The notes: generated by a model from the letters alone, not told the origin. A DNA stretch of 64,000 nucleotides from Octopus sinensis (GCF_006345805.1 NC_042998.1:102424001-102488000), one strand, 5' to 3'. Numbered from the stretch's first letter, positions 12,511 to 27,926 are shown. A program made the numbers and translations.

Positions 12511-13600
12511 CCTCCTAATGACTGTCTCTACAACCTCCTGCAACAAGGCAACTTTATTTCAATTTTTTGATTTTAATTGCGCCACTTTATATTGTATAAC
12601 TTCTTCTTTATCCCCTATCAACCTCATTTTATTATTATAATTCATAATATTATATTTCATTTCTATATACAAGCACACATAATCACACACACATACATAT
12701 ACACACACACACGAAAAAGTACTGGCACCAGTGCACACACATGACCGCACATATACCTTCCAAACACACCACACACATACAACACACATACATGCACATA
12801 CACACATACATCCACACACAGAAATAGACACACCCACATAAACACGCACACACGCGCATACACGCGCAAACACACATGCACACACACACATGCACACACA
12901 CAAGCACACACACAAGCACATACACAAGCACACACACATACATAGAAACGCACACATACACTCATGGGCGTACACATCCATGCACATATACCTCTTATAT
13001 ACCTCACACACACGCCACACACACAACACGCACACATATGGAACACACAGACATGCGCGCACACAAACACACTTACACAAACGCACACACCCACTCCTAC
13101 GTATATGTGAAGGAAGACACATAACAGATAGCCACTCCTAACAAAAACTCTTACTATAGATTCTCCCTACGACGTTAAGTGACACAAAGTCCACACACAC
13201 AGACAGATATAAACAGCCCCACACACAGATACGCACATACACGTGCTATTATTACACACACACAGACCTGCGCACACGCACATACTGACGCATACACACA
13301 CATACCTCCTCTTGCACTCTCGTCTTAGAAAGAACTTTTTCTTCACCCATTTCCTTCCGGTCATTTCAAAATGTAACCACGTGCATATCGTTTGCGAATT
13401 TCTTCCTCCCATTTCCTTCTTTTGGACTTGCCTCTAATTCTGAAGAAGAGCTTTGCTCGAAACGTAAAATCCTCTTTCTTTCCTTTCCTGAGCGTCTGAT
13501 AATACAGTACTTGTACCACTTCGCATTGTTGTTTTTTCTAGTCTGTTCGTCTATGTTTGGATTCACTATATATAATATACATATATATATACATATATAT
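12511..13600 (+). repeat. CA-rich tail/pLTR downstream of the Neptune-type ORF
   Basis: Cryptic (CA)n-rich sequence followed by a T/C-rich segment containing a hammerhead motif. Confidence 0.5.
13436..13470 (+). ncRNA. Minimal type-I hammerhead ribozyme candidate
   Basis: aatt-CTGAAGA-a-gagc.ttt.gctc-GAAA-cg-TA-aaat: stem II gagc/gctc, ACGT palindrome, GUA site; stem I has 3 of 4 pairs. Confidence 0.6.
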
Positions 13601-13848
13601 GTATATATATGTCACGGCCTCGAACACAACGGCCTCGAACACACAAGTGCAAACAAGAGAGACAGAGAAAGGCAGAATGCCACTTATATTTGAACACTAT
13701 ACAAATATTCCTTTAAAAAAACTTTTCTTTTAATTTTTCTAAATTTAATTATTTAATCGTTACAGTTGAAAAGTTCTCAAAATGACCGAAACAGGTACTG
13801 AAATGTTCTTTATAAAATTATTTTAGCATTTTCTATTTTGACTTGTTT

Positions 13849-13906
<58 letters not shown>

Positions 13907-13914
13907 TATATATG

Positions 13915-14783
<869 letters not shown>

Positions 14784-14821
14784 TGTGGTTAATTGGCAAA
14801 AATATGACCATTACTAAATGT

Positions 14822-14873
<52 letters not shown>

Positions 14874-15115
14874 CTATTTGCCGACGTTAAAGGTAAACGT
14901 TTAGCAAATAGATTTTACTACTTAAATCTCATTCGGAGATTTAAACCTAACTGTTTTATTCAGACACACACACACACATACACACACACACATACACACA
15001 CACATACACACACACATACACATGCACACACACACATACACATGCTCACACACACACACACATTTATACGTTTGCTTGTGTGTGATCGTGTGTGTGTGTT
15101 TGTGTGGTTTGTGTA

Positions 15116-15148
<33 letters not shown>

Positions 15149-15203
15149 ATTTCGAGTCATGAAATGAATAAATGATGAGAATACATTACTTCGTATCTGC
15201 CGA

Positions 15204-15420
15204 GGCGGTGAATTTCCAGAGTCATTAGCACACCAGCCGAAATGCTTAGCGTAATTTCGCCCGTCGCTATGTTCTTAGTTCCAATTTCGCCGAGTTCGAC
15301 TTTGCCTTTCATTCTTTAAGTGACGATAAATTAAGTACCAGTGAAACACTGGGTTCGATATAGTCGATTGTCCCCCTCTCCCATATTTCAGGCCTTGTGC
15401 CTATACTAGAAAAGATTATT
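15204..15420 (+). mobile_element. tRNA-derived SINE, same family as 5776-5988
   Basis: ggcggtgaatttccagagtcattagcac...gagttcgactttgcctttcatt...aagtaccagt...ggccttgtgcctatactagaaaagatt. Confidence 0.8.
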
Positions 15421-16119
15421 TCATATCTACCGACACTCTGCTATCTTTCTCTGTCCCTCTCCCAAATTTCTCTCCCTCACTGTCTCTCCACTCACCCCCC
15501 CCACTCTCTCTCTCTTTCTCTCTCAGTGTACCTCCCTCTTTGTATATATACAAGCACACACACATACACAAACTCACAGATATTTATAGAGAGAGAAGGG
15601 TGCAATCTTACGTATTTGTGAGAACATTTAATAAAAATACAAGCCAATATAGATTTTGTAAATATGCAAGAATTTTTGTTTCTGATATCAAACTACAAAT
15701 TTCAATATCAATTGCATTTTAGAATTTAATTTAAATCATTCGTTGTTTCAAGTGTTTGACACTCGACTTTTTGTAATATATAATTCATGTTATAAAATGA
15801 AATACCTGTTTAATACATTAGATATAATTGAACAGAAGGCCTTGGAAGCAATAACAGACATTCTGCCCGAAATGTTTACCCTTAGTAAAATATAAAATCC
15901 AATATTTTGGTATAAATCTTTTTAACTACGGTTATTGCCGAATCTTATTTACGATTTTCTAAATTCATTACATTTTAAAGGGAATTTTTCTTAATTAAAA
16001 AAGATTATGAAGCAGCCTTTTCCACCAGGATTATAGATAAACATTATTTGACTTGATTTTTATCGGTAACATATATTTTGTCTATTTAAGTTATACAGTG
16101 ATTGATTAAAGTAGTAATA

Positions 16120-16335
16120 ACTCTTTCTAAAGCTTTGGTACACGACCAGTAATTTCGAGAGGAGACTCAAGTCAATTACACAGATCACAGTGTTCAGCTA
16201 ATAATTACTTTATCGACAAGGAAAAAGGATAGGCTCAGTTAATATCGACGGAATTTGGAATCAGAACTGAAGAGCCGAAATGAGTGCTGCTCAGCATTTT
16301 TGTATGATGCGCTAACGATTTTAACAGCTCACAGC
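16120..16335 (-). mobile_element. Degenerate SINE of the same family
   Basis: Ends ...gatgcgctaacgattttaacagctcacagcc, the reverse complement of the SINE head; a further partial copy lies at about 16375-16490. Confidence 0.55.
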
Positions 16336-16494
16336 CTTAATAAAATCAAAGAGGTGATGGTAAGAATAATCATTTCTACTATAGGTACAAAGTCTGAAAT
16401 TTCGGGGGATGGATAAAGTTGGCTACATCGGCACTCATGTTCAACTGATATGTTACTTTACCGATCCCGAGAAGATGAATGGCAAAGTAGACCA

Positions 16495-17530
16495 TGGTGG
16501 TATCAGGGACTGATAACTGAGGAAGATTGCGTGCGTATTGAACTCGAGAGCTTAATGGGATACCTAACCCAGAATAAAGAAACCTTGTTAGTGACTGTCA
16601 GAAAACGGGGAATATTGAATGCAGAGGAAAACGGGAAAGCAAAGAAGTACAAAAATGCAATGAGGTGGAATTACGGGAGAAGAGATTACTCTATCAATTC
16701 CATGTAGCCATAAGAGAAGTTGCTGGAAAATAGGTGGGATTGGCTGGCGAAAGTAGCACTAAAAGAAAAAACACCGAGGGCACTATACTGGCAGCATAAG
16801 GCTAATATTTGGCTACGAACTGGAGGGTCAACCTTGGAATGAGCAAGCGTCTTCGCGCCGCCGCATCTGTAACAGAGTAGATTAAGCCATAACTCATATC
16901 ACGAACGAATGCCCTAGACTAAAACCACTACAAGTTATGGTGACACGATCAGGTAATGAAAGGGCTATTTTGGAAACTACGCAAAAAGTGGGGCTACTAA
17001 GAGGCAAGACGTGGTATGAGCACAAGCCTCAGAGTGTGACGGAGTCGAAGACTACCAAAATCCTCTGGGATTTCCAAATCCTAACATAGTAGGTGCTAGA
17101 GCATGAGATCGAACCTAATGGTGTCGACATGATGCACCAAATGTGCTATGTAGTTGATGTTGCATGCTTCTTTGGTCCACGAATATTAAACAAGGAAAGG
17201 CGAAAAGATAGGTGAATGCAACCCTATTAAATAAGAATTAGCCCTGCTGTGGAAATGGAGACGATGAAGATATTACCAAATATTATTGCGTCCTTGGGAA
17301 TAATATCACAAGGCATCAAGGAAATTATACAGGAAATAGGAATAGAGTGCCCAGTAGAACTGTTACAAAAGTGTTGCCACCTTGGCACTGCCAGCATAAT
17401 CAGAAAAGTAACAGATAGCTGAAAAAAAAAACGAATAGCACGGTGCCGTACGCTGCAGGTAGCAAGCCCGCTATGCATGTAAGACTCCAGGAGTTCCAAC
17501 AAAACCTGTGATAGAAATAAACAAATAATA
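16495..17530 (+). mobile_element. R4/Dong-type LINE 3' fragment (family B)
   Basis: EDCVRIELESL..., CCHC knuckle remnant (ccgcatctgt...cat...tgc), ILWDFQI, VDVAC, PNIIASLGIIS; 3' UTR gcaggtagcaagcc...caaaacctg shared with 23075-23160 and 30970-31020. Confidence 0.8.
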
Positions 17531-17574
17531 AAGTCGCAAGAAGAGGGCAAGTAGTCAACAGCGAAGGCATCCAA

Positions 17575-18885
17575 TTACCAGAGGGCCAGACAATAAACTC
17601 ATTGAAAGGAGGAGAGAATTATGAGTATCTAGGAGTATTGGAATCTGACAGAGTACTAACTATAGAAATGAAAGCGAAAATTGAGAAGGACTACATCGGA
17701 ATTGTGAGGAAGCTAATGAAGTGAAAGCTAAATAATCCGAATCTAGTGACGGCTGTAAATACTTGGGCAGTGTCATTACCTAGATACTCAGCACCTTTTG
17801 TAGACTGAGCAAAGACTGAATTAGGGAAGCTAGACAGAAGAACTAGGAAGGAATTCAATATGAATGAAGGACTCCACCTTAGGGCAAGAGTAGCAAGATT
17901 AACAAGATTATACCTACCTAGAAAGGATGGTGGAAAATCGTTAAAAACAGTAGAAGACTGCGTGGAGTGAGATAAAGTAGATATAGACTCATATATAGGT
18001 AATAGTGAGGAAAGTTTATTAAAAACTGCTAGAGTGACAGCATGAAAATATAACACACAGTGAACTTAAAACCAGAAAAGAAAACAGAAATTATCTGACT
18101 GGCAGTAGAAAGCATTGCATGGTAGCTTACCAAAGATAGTTTCAGCAAATAGTTATAGTGAGACATGGTTATCGTTGCAGAAACGAAAGCTGAAGAGGGA
18201 AAAATAAAGTTTGTTAGTAGCGGCACAAGATCAAGCATTAAGGAGTTATCGGATAAAAGCCATGATAGACAAAAACCAAGTAGATCCTCAATGTGGGCTA
18301 TGCAAATCAAAAAAAGGAGAGCGTTACTCATATAGTAAGTGAATGTAGCATGCTGGGACGGAAAGAATGCTAGAAAAGATATGACAATCTAGGGAGAGCA
18401 ATCCAATTGGGACTATGTAGTAAACTAAGGATTTTAACGTACTGCTAAATGGTATGAACATGATCCTAGAACAAGAAAGTAAGAAATACAAGATGTTGTG
18501 GGACAGGAACATTCAGACTAACAGAGTAACAGAAGATAGAAACCCTGGATTGTTAGTAGTAGATAAAGAAAATAGAACGTGCCTGATGATTGACTTAACA
18601 TTCCCAAACGATGGAAAAACTAATATGAGAAGTATAGACAAGAAAGCAAAGTACCAGGACCTAGCTATTGAATTACAAAGATTATAGAAAGTGCGGGTAA
18701 AATGTATCCCCGTATGTAAAGATGCATATCACAAAAGATCTGAATAGATGGACAGAGGAAATAGGTATATAACCCAGTTCAGTACAGCTGCAGAAAGGAG
18801 TGTTATTAGGGACAGCTAAGATACATAGGAGGAATCTTGGTATCTAAAGTTACTTGCTGTAACCCAATAAGAGGTTTCTTGGCGT
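17575..18885 (+). mobile_element. R4/Dong-type LINE fragment (RT C-terminus to REL)
   Basis: YEYLGVLE, AVNTWAVSLPRYS, LYLPRKDGG, AAQDQAL, CGLC...HIVSEC, LWDRNIQT...NPGLLVVDKENRTCLMIDLTFP...KYQDLAIELQRL; many stops. Confidence 0.85.
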
Positions 18886-19137
18886 CAAGGGTTATTTGTT
18901 GTAGCCCGATGTTAGTCTTCTTTTCTTTTCCAACAGTCTAATTTGTTGAGTGTATATGAATAACAACAACAACAGCAACACCACTACCACCACCAAAACA
19001 ACCAGTACCACCACCACCACCACCACCACCACCACTACCAACAACAACAACAACAACAACAACAACAGCAACAACAATAATAAAAATAAACATAATAATA
19101 ATAGTAATAATAATAATTATAATAATAATAATAATAA

Positions 19138-19693
19138 ATGCCCTGATGCAGTACCAGGCAGTGGCTCTCATGGCTTCTGATCTTAACTGATTGGAAGTGT
19201 TATCATGTACATTGTTTTGTCTTGGTATAAAAGATGGGCTACAGCAAATATTCTGCTCAATACCACAGATTTGCTTGTCAGTTGTTTGGCCTTAACCAGT
19301 TGAGCATGTCCCTTAGTGGCTGACCATATGTGCATCTCTGATCACGAGCAGAAGTAGTGGGGGAGCATCATGGCCATGTGTTGAGAGGGATTCTTTGGGG
19401 TTTGAATAGTTCACCTCTGGAAACATAGGTGTTTCGTTCAACATCCTAAAGCAACCCTTATTCAGGGACCTTTTGAGCAGGATGGGCTACTCAACCTGAA
19501 GAAAATTCTAACTGGGCCCCACCTGCAAGGTCATGTGCTGTTTATCTTGATATGAGATCACCATGTCGCGCACATATGGTTGTGATGCATGTGCCTGGTG
19601 TACCTTTATCAGACGGGTAGTCATGATGGGTATATTGGGCTTCGTATATTTTACCCCAGTGTCACTTTGATGGCATGAACTACTCTCTCACTC
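19138..19693 (+). mobile_element. 556-bp non-coding element in (TAA)n, copy 1
   Basis: ATGCCCTGATGCAGTACCAGGC...CTCTCTCACTC, with (TAA)n on both sides; homologous to 27269, 39810, 49270 and 22572. Confidence 0.9.
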
Positions 19694-19714
19694 AATAATA
19701 ATAATAATAATAAT

Positions 19715-22459
19715 AATAATGACAAGCAGCCTGGGAGGAGCACACTGAGTTCAAAAGCAGGGGAGCTGACTTGGCGGGTTACCTTGATAGAGATGGTGCC
19801 TCGACAAAAATACCGGTTGGTAGTAACCTAAATCACACCCCAAGCAAAATAGATGTGGATAGTGGTGTGAACGGGCCTTGAACCAATGGTGAAGGTGCTG
19901 CACCCGGCAGGTGCCCCACTGTGCAACAGGGAGAGCCTGGTCGTAATCCAGCAACTGCTGGCCATACTCATCATCATCATTGTTCGACCGTGGTCGAGAC
20001 AATGGAATTTACTATGTTACGCCAGACTTCACGGTCCATCATAGCATTACGGAGGTCCTGTTGCTGGATGCCTGTATCCCTGGAGATTACATCAGGCCAT
20101 ACTACAACACATGAGTTGAGTAAATAAGTAAACCTTATATTTATGCAGTGTTACTACCAGCGCGCCTCAGTGGATGTGAATGGCGTGCCTGTCAGAGGGT
20201 ACACAAAACGAATGCACAGTAAATTGAAAGCAATGGATCTGTTCGAAATTACTGAATACATATTATGTAACCAAGCAAGATCAATACGAAAGAATGGATA
20301 GTTAACAGAGTTGGAGCTTGAAGCTATTAAATGAAGGATATCGGCTGAGGCTGGGCTTCCGAGAAATAAAAGTGATATATTAGATGAAATGGATAATTCT
20401 TAGCAAAAATATAATAACGTGAATTGTGAAAGAATTGAGATGAGTGACTACTCACACAATAAATGTCGATTAATAATAGACAGTATTTTTGATCTTTTAA
20501 ATACAGGAAGGACAGAATTTATGTGCGACGTTAAGAAGGCTTATCAATGGAGATTAAATCAAGAGAAGAATAAAGCCAATAATGAACTCAGACACATTGA
20601 AACAAAGAACATCGCACAAACAAATTATGTTATCAAGGCTGCTTGTAGGATTGTGGCAGAAAGGATGGGATTGAGAACTACTGAGAATAGAACAGCGACG
20701 GATAGAAGAGGAAATAAACAACTGTGGTGGAAAAGGATAATTTCTGAAGATATAAACTCCTAGAACAGTGTAGTGTTATTACTTGTGAGGACGGGAAATG
20801 AAGAACTTAAGAATGAGTGGCAAATCGAAAACGTTAGGAAGAAGTATGGTGTAGTTACAAAAGGCTTCAATGAAGAACTGAAGCAGCGCATACATACCAA
20901 AAAGCAAAGCTAACTAGGTTTAAACAACGGATTAAACAATATCAGCAAAACAAAATGTTTAGAACCGACCAAAAAAAGATTTTACCAAGAGATTAATGTC
21001 AATAAAAAACGTGAAAGATTAGTGTCTGATACTGATGAAGGTCGTCTTTTCTGGGGTAAGATATGGAGTAAGAAAGAACAACATAGTACTACAGCTGAAT
21101 GGCTCTGCAGCCTGAAACAGCTTCTTAATTCCAGCAAGAGGCTACCAGCTTCACAAAAGATACTATCAGAAATATGAGTAAAAATATAAGCAATAGGAAA
21201 GCAGCAGGACCTGATGGGGTACAGCGATTATTGATAAAAAAGTTCAGTTGTTGCCATAGATTGATCGCAGAACAATTTAATGCATTGAACAAATGGAGAA
21301 GATGAAATACTCGGGCTGGTTAAGAAAAGGACAAACGGTGTTGTGCCTGAAGGATGTGTCTGACAATTGCTGACCAATTTCATGCCCCTTGTTAATGAGG
21401 TAGTTACTGTTAGGAGGAATTGCAGAAGGAATGTCTAGATTTCTTGATGAGGACGATATATTAACGTCGGAACAAAAGTGCTGTTGAAGGAGATGATGAG
21501 ATAGCAAAGATCAACTATTGATAAAGAAAATGATAACGCAAAATTGTAAACAAAGGAGAAGAAATCTGAGAATGTCCTGGATTGACTACCTTAGATCTGT
21601 TTGGAATTGCCAGAGATGTATTTCCTGGAGAGAAGTATGATGGGATGGAAAACTGAACTGACATTTTATGGAAAAAGTTGGAGCACCCTGGGTATCAGAA
21701 GAGAGATTTTCCAGGGTGACAGCCTATCTCCGTTGCTTTTCGTTCTCTGCATGAAAATCGCAACCATTCAACCACCTCATCTACATGGATGTTTTGAAAC
21801 TATGGTCACGATGAGACATAAGTGAGTTCCTTAGTGAACACGGTCCACTGGTTAGTACTGATATTAGAATGGAATTTTGGCTCAAGAAGTATGGAATAAT
21901 CTACCCAAGAAGGAGCAAGATTCAGTCCCGAGCAGAGACAGAATTACCGAATAGAGACTTGATTAAGCAAATCAAACCGGAAGGATACAAATAACTTGGT
22001 CAACAAGATAATGGAGAAGGAAATGAAACTATGGAGTATTTCAGATGACTAAGGTTGGTGTTGCGCTCTAAATTGATTGGATGTAATAAAATCCAAACCG
22101 ATTGTACGCTGATGATTGTATCACTTCCGTTTGGAGCGAGAATTTATAAAAAGGCAAAAGAGAGAAATTAAGAAAATGGAAACCAAAACCAGAAAAATGT
22201 TGTCAGTACACGGAGCCTTCCACCATAAGAGTGACACTTATAGGCTTTAGTTGTCGATAAGAAATGGTGGAAGACGCTTGATCAGTTGCCAGGACTGTTT
22301 CGAAGCAGAGAAAAACAGCTTAGAGTGGTATATAAAAAATGCCGTAGACCATTTCCATACAATAAACATCAGAGCATCACAACAAATCACAGCACATACC
22401 TAAGGCACACAGAGCTGTGCTCGGTAGTGAAGTGAAAGCACGCTATAAAAATAAAACTA

Positions 22460-22462
<3 letters not shown>
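19715..22462 (+). mobile_element. Long decayed R4/Dong-type LINE (N-terminal domain and RT, REL missing, 111-bp 3' tail)
   Basis: MQCYY...GYTKRMH...QARSIRKNG*LTELELEAIK, NQYQQNKMFRTDQK, WKAAGPDGVQ, IDY, REIFQGDSLSPLLF, GGRRLISC; joined directly to the tail shared with 40785-40895; (TAA)n on both sides. Confidence 0.85.
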
Positions 22463-22508
<46 letters not shown>

Positions 22509-22571
22509 TAATAATAATAATAATAATAATAATGATAATAATAATAATAATGATAATAATAATAATAATAA

Positions 22572-22763
22572 AACCCTTATCAAGGACAATTTGACCGAAA
22601 AATCATGCGCTTTGTATCTTGATATGATCACCATGTCGCGCACATATGGTTGTGATGTATGTGCCTGGTGTACCCTTATTAGACGGGTAGTTGCGTTGAG
22701 AACATTGGGCTTTGTATATGTTACCCCAGTGTCACTTTGATGGCATGCGCTGCTCTCTTATTC
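22572..22763 (+). mobile_element. 556-bp element, left-truncated copy
   Basis: Begins aaacccttat immediately after (TAA)n, retains the right end ...gctgctctcttattc, followed by (TAA)n. Confidence 0.85.
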
Positions 22764-22794
22764 AATAATAATAATAATGATGTTAATAACAAAA

Positions 22795-22985
22795 ATCCTT
22801 TCTATTATAGGCACAAGACCTGGTGTTTGTGTTGTCGGAATAGTGAATCATATCTACCTACACTTAACTGTCCACCCACGAACAAATGAAAAACAAAATC
22901 GGGCACGAGAAAATTTGAACGAAATAACTAGCATAGGGACGAAATGCCGCTAAGCACTTTGCTGGCGTGCTAACAATTGTGCCTA
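22795..22985 (-). mobile_element. Degenerate tRNA-derived SINE
   Basis: tttctattataggcacaagacctg...gacgaaatgccgctaagcactttgctggcgtgctaacaatt, the reverse complement of the same SINE family. Confidence 0.65.
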
Positions 22986-23004
22986 GTAGAACTGTTATTA
23001 ATGT

Positions 23005-23160
23005 TTGCCTCCTTGGCTCCACCAGAGTAATCAGGAAAGTATTAAATAGTTGAAAACAACGGAATACATGTTACCGTAGGCTGCAAGCAGCAAGCCAGCA
23101 ATTCATGCAAGACTCCAGGAGTGACAACAAAACCTGAGGTAGAAAGGAATATAATAATAA
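23005..23160 (+). mobile_element. Short 3' end of LINE family B
   Basis: LLGSTRVIRKVL plus the shared 3' UTR, ending in aataataa. Confidence 0.75.
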
Positions 23161-24859
23161 AAATATGTATTAACAGAAATAAAAAAAGAAAATGATGTTT
23201 TACTCATGGGTTATGAAGACACTCAAAATGTAAAAGTACAGCAAATAAAATCACTGGTACGTATAATCATGGAATATTGGGAAAAGAAATTAACAGTTGC
23301 AGGATACATACTCAGGACACCCACCCGGAGATATCAAGATAAATGTGAGGGAGTACCTTGCAGCTTGATAGCCTATCACTGCTAGTGTTTTGACATAGCA
23401 CTTAGAAAAATACTAAGAGAGAAAACTATTTGTTATTCATCCGACTTAAAGCAATGCAGCAAGGCTGTGAGGTAATTGGAGATCCTTGTCAATATTATGA
23501 GAGTACTTAGGAATGACGTCAGAGTTTTGTATTTCCAAGAATGGATCAGATATTATAAAGAATGAGAAATGCCATAAAATAGATGGAATAAATTTACTAA
23601 ACGAGGAGATATGAGAGGCTGATACAGATTATTGATGCAAACAAATATCATGGAATCTTAATATACCTGGAAGCCTAAGGTAAACATTTTAGAAAAAAAA
23701 AATAAAGATAAAATCAAGAAAGAAAATGTCTGAAGGGGAAGTATAATATTCAAACGCAATGGGGTAAATACCATCACTAACATAATCTTAAAAGCTTTAT
23801 CCATGAAGAGGTAAAACGCGAAAACTATCGAATGATCAAAAGAACATCTTGAAAACAGAGAAAACAAGCAAAATTCTGACAATCTACCGCGATGTACACT
23901 CAAGGGCAGTTGTTGAGAGATTGTATTTCAATAGAAAGCATACAAGATGAAGATTGATATGTGAAGAAAACTGTGCAAACAGAAGTAGGTGGGGTGGGGA
24001 AGTACGTTTTTGACAGAAATTAAATGCTCCATATAGCAGAAAGAAAGGGAAAAATTTTAGCTGATGGAAGATAAAAATGTAAAGTTCCATAGCTAGAAAA
24101 CAACATTTCCGTGAAAAATGTTTATACGGAGTGGTTTGTTTTTCAGTGTACTGGATGTTATCAAAATCAGAAGGGAGTGCTAAAACGGAACAAATTTCGA
24201 TGTATGGTCGATATCTAGATATTGAGACATAAACAATTTGTTCTACACTCTATGGATTCCGCAAATTCCTCATCTATATCTAGATTGCATTTAACACCAA
24301 GATATTTATTGTTGACAGATATCTAAGCAGTATTTAGGTTCAATAACGATGCTTAACATCGATGTTTTCGGTGCAATGTGACGGTAAATGAAAATGTATT
24401 ATTGTATGTTTGTACCGTGTATGAATCACAATACATAAGCTTTTTGTCAGTTTGAACTTCCGCGTCTTCAAACTGCTGAGGATTACAATGGATTCGGTTT
24501 GGAAATAGTTTCAGTTACCTTATCCTTTTGAATTAAAGCTCATTTGACCTCAGGCGGGATAAGTTCACTCACAGTTGCCAGAAATATATAGACCAATAAA
24601 ATGTAGAAGCGTTGCAATGAATTGGTCTCAGTATTGATTTTGTGGTGAGTGTCTGTACAGATGTGTAAGTAATAATAATTTTTGCAAGTGTGTTTTTCAG
24701 GAATGCTTAAGGAAGAGATATGAAATTGCTCGTTCAAAACAGAAAAACAACAATAACATTAATGATGATAATGATGATAAAATAATAACAATGATAATGA
24801 TGATGATGATAATATTAATAACAATGATAATAATAACCACAAGGAGTCACAAGGAGAAC

Positions 24860-25400
24860 AAGGAACAAAATATACTGTGGGATTTTATAATCCAATGTGA
24901 ATCCCTAATCGAGGTTCGGAGACCTGATATTGTTGTGGTAGATGAAGGAAAAAAGGAAATCAGGATCATAGCTCCTGCAATACCTGGAGATTCACGCATA
25001 AGTGATAAAGAACGAGAAAAGATTAAAAAGTACAGACTACCAAAAGACGAAGTTGCAAGAATGTGGACTATGAGGAAACTGTCTGTCATTCCAGTAGTTT
25101 TGGGAGTATTCGGAGAACTAACAACCAAGTTCGAAAAATATATCACAGTAATCGGAATTGATATGAGGGCAGAGCAGGCCCAAAAGACTGTTCTGCTGTG
25201 GAGTTCTATGATTTTGAGACTGGTAGTTGGGTGTTGAATGTCTCCCACGATAATTAACAACCAGGTATCAAAGTTTTTGATGTGTAGAAAGTGAACCTGT
25301 GAGACCCCTGAGAGCAGGCTGCTGTCTCCTCTCACAGAATCTACCGTTACAAACAAGACCGAACGTTCTGAAAAGCAAAACAAAAACAAGAACAGCAACA
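24860..25400 (+). mobile_element. R4/Dong-type LINE 3' end (REL domain)
   Basis: ILWDFIIQC...RRPDIVVVD...IPGD...EKIKKY...MW...IPVVLGVFG...QKTVLL; bounded by TAA/TGA/CAA triplet tracts. Confidence 0.9.
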
Positions 25401-25479
25401 ACAACAGTAATAATAATAATAATAACAATAAAAATGCATCGCAACCCACCAGCACAAAAGTATAACACATGATGCAATA

Positions 25480-26200
25480 AAAATTTGCTTGAAACTTGCA
25501 GATGTTGAGAAAGGATAGGGTTTTATGAGAAACAGGAGTCTCCGAAGAAACTCAGATTGTAACAGCGAAAATGAAGCTGGACCTCAAAGGGAGGGCCTCT
25601 TGCTCGGCATTGGTGCAGTAAAAATAAAGACGGACCACATCTGTTAACTTAATACAGCATCGGCAGATAAGAGAGCAAGTATGAGGACGGGAACCAGCGA
25701 AGAAAACAGGAAAGCAGTGCTACTTAGAAAGTGAACCTAACAGACTGGGCTGTAGAAAACGGACGTTAACACTTTGGTTAGAGAAAGGTATGTTTAAAGT
25801 GACTGATCAAGCTAATGCTAATAAGAGAAGAAAGTAGACGACAGAATAGGAAGTAGAAAAGATCAAATCAGAACTGGAATAGAAAGACCAGGCAGCACGA
25901 AAATTAAAATAGAACATAAGAGATACAGCTCTTTTAAACAAAAGAGTAACCTAAAGGAGAAGATAATATTAGCGCTACCAATAAGGAAGAGACAGCTGAC
26001 ATCAGAGACTTAAGTGATTTAAGTGAGGCAGCTAAGAAGATTTTAAATGAGTTGCAGGAAGTAATGAGTAAAGAAGTAAGAAGAGATTGCCGGCATTAAA
26101 ATGCACCATTAGATGGAAGCTGCCAGAAATGACTAGGAAAGCAAATTGTTATCTGTTGATGCAAACTAAAATATAAGAGACACTAATTTACTGATCTATT
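25480..26200 (+). mobile_element. Highly decayed LINE N-terminal remnant
   Basis: ...gagaaaggtatgtttaaagtgactgatcaagctaatgct... resembles the same N-terminal block seen at 20200-20330. Confidence 0.4.
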
Positions 26201-26247
26201 CAGGAGAGGTAGTAGTCTCCAGAAGATTAGATACCTCACGGGGAAAT

Positions 26248-27150
26248 GTGGAAAAGGGCCAGATATCGTGTCAGGATGCGGTATTCGTGCGTGCTGCTGC
26301 TAAATATTTCAATATTGCAAGTATGACACTAAAAAGATATATAAGCAACAACAATCAACAAAATGACGAGCAAAACGAAGAGTTTGGGTACAATAATTGC
26401 AGGATAATAAAGACATTTTCACCAGAGATGGAAGCTGACTTCTCAACTCCCATAAAGACATTAGCCGAGCAGTTCCACGGACTCACACGAAATAAATGCT
26501 GTGAGCTGATAGAGTAATATGCATTAAGAAACAATGTTACTGTACCTGGTTCTTGGCAACAAAGCGGAATAACTGGCGAGCATTTTTAGATCTCTTTAAA
26601 GAAAGATACCATATACAAATTCGAACACCAGAGGCTATATCACTTGCTAGAGCAAATGGGTTCAATCGTTCTAACGTTGGCAACTTTTACGACAGCTTAA
26701 AGAATATTATGGACCTGGACAAGTTTGAATGCCACGACATTTATAACGCAGATGAAACCGGGTGCACAAATGTGCAGCAACCTGAAAATATCGTTACTGC
26801 ACAGGGAGTGAAAAAAGTAGGATCTATAGCCTCCGGCGAGAGAGGACAACTTGTAGCACATGTGCATGCAGTTAATGCAACAGAAAGTAATTTTCCACCA
26901 CTGCTGATCTTCCCACGAAAAAAACTATAGGAATTATTTGATCAAATATGGTCCTGCAGGATGTATCGGAGGAGTCAATTCCAGTGGATGGATTAATGAA
27001 ATTCTGTTTATGACTTATTTAAAACACTTTATAGCCGACACATTGTGCAGCAAAGAGAAGAAAGTGTTGTTAATTTTGGACAACCACAAAACTCACGTGT
27101 GACTTGGCCAAGAAAAATGGGGTGATATTATTATCAATCCCACCTCACAC
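26248..27150 (+). pseudogene. pogo/Tigger-type (DDE_1) transposase remnant
   Basis: RAAAKYFNIASMTLKRY (HTH), IRTPEAISLARANGFN, IYNADETG, SGERGQLV, FPPLLIFPRK, SGWIN, LLILDNHKTH, IPPHT; breaks off at a (TAA)n tract. Confidence 0.9.
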
Positions 27151-27160
27151 TATAATGATG

Positions 27161-27824
<664 letters not shown>

Positions 27825-27855
27825 AACAATAATAATAATAATAGTAATAATAATA

Positions 27856-27925
<70 letters not shown>

Positions 27926-27926
<1 letters not shown>

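Noticed and set aside
19138-19693. Hammerhead inside the 556-bp element (ctgatg... start; ctgaataa...gaaac on minus)
   Set aside because: The CUGANGA core is not conserved across copies and no matching GAAA/stem arrangement forms.
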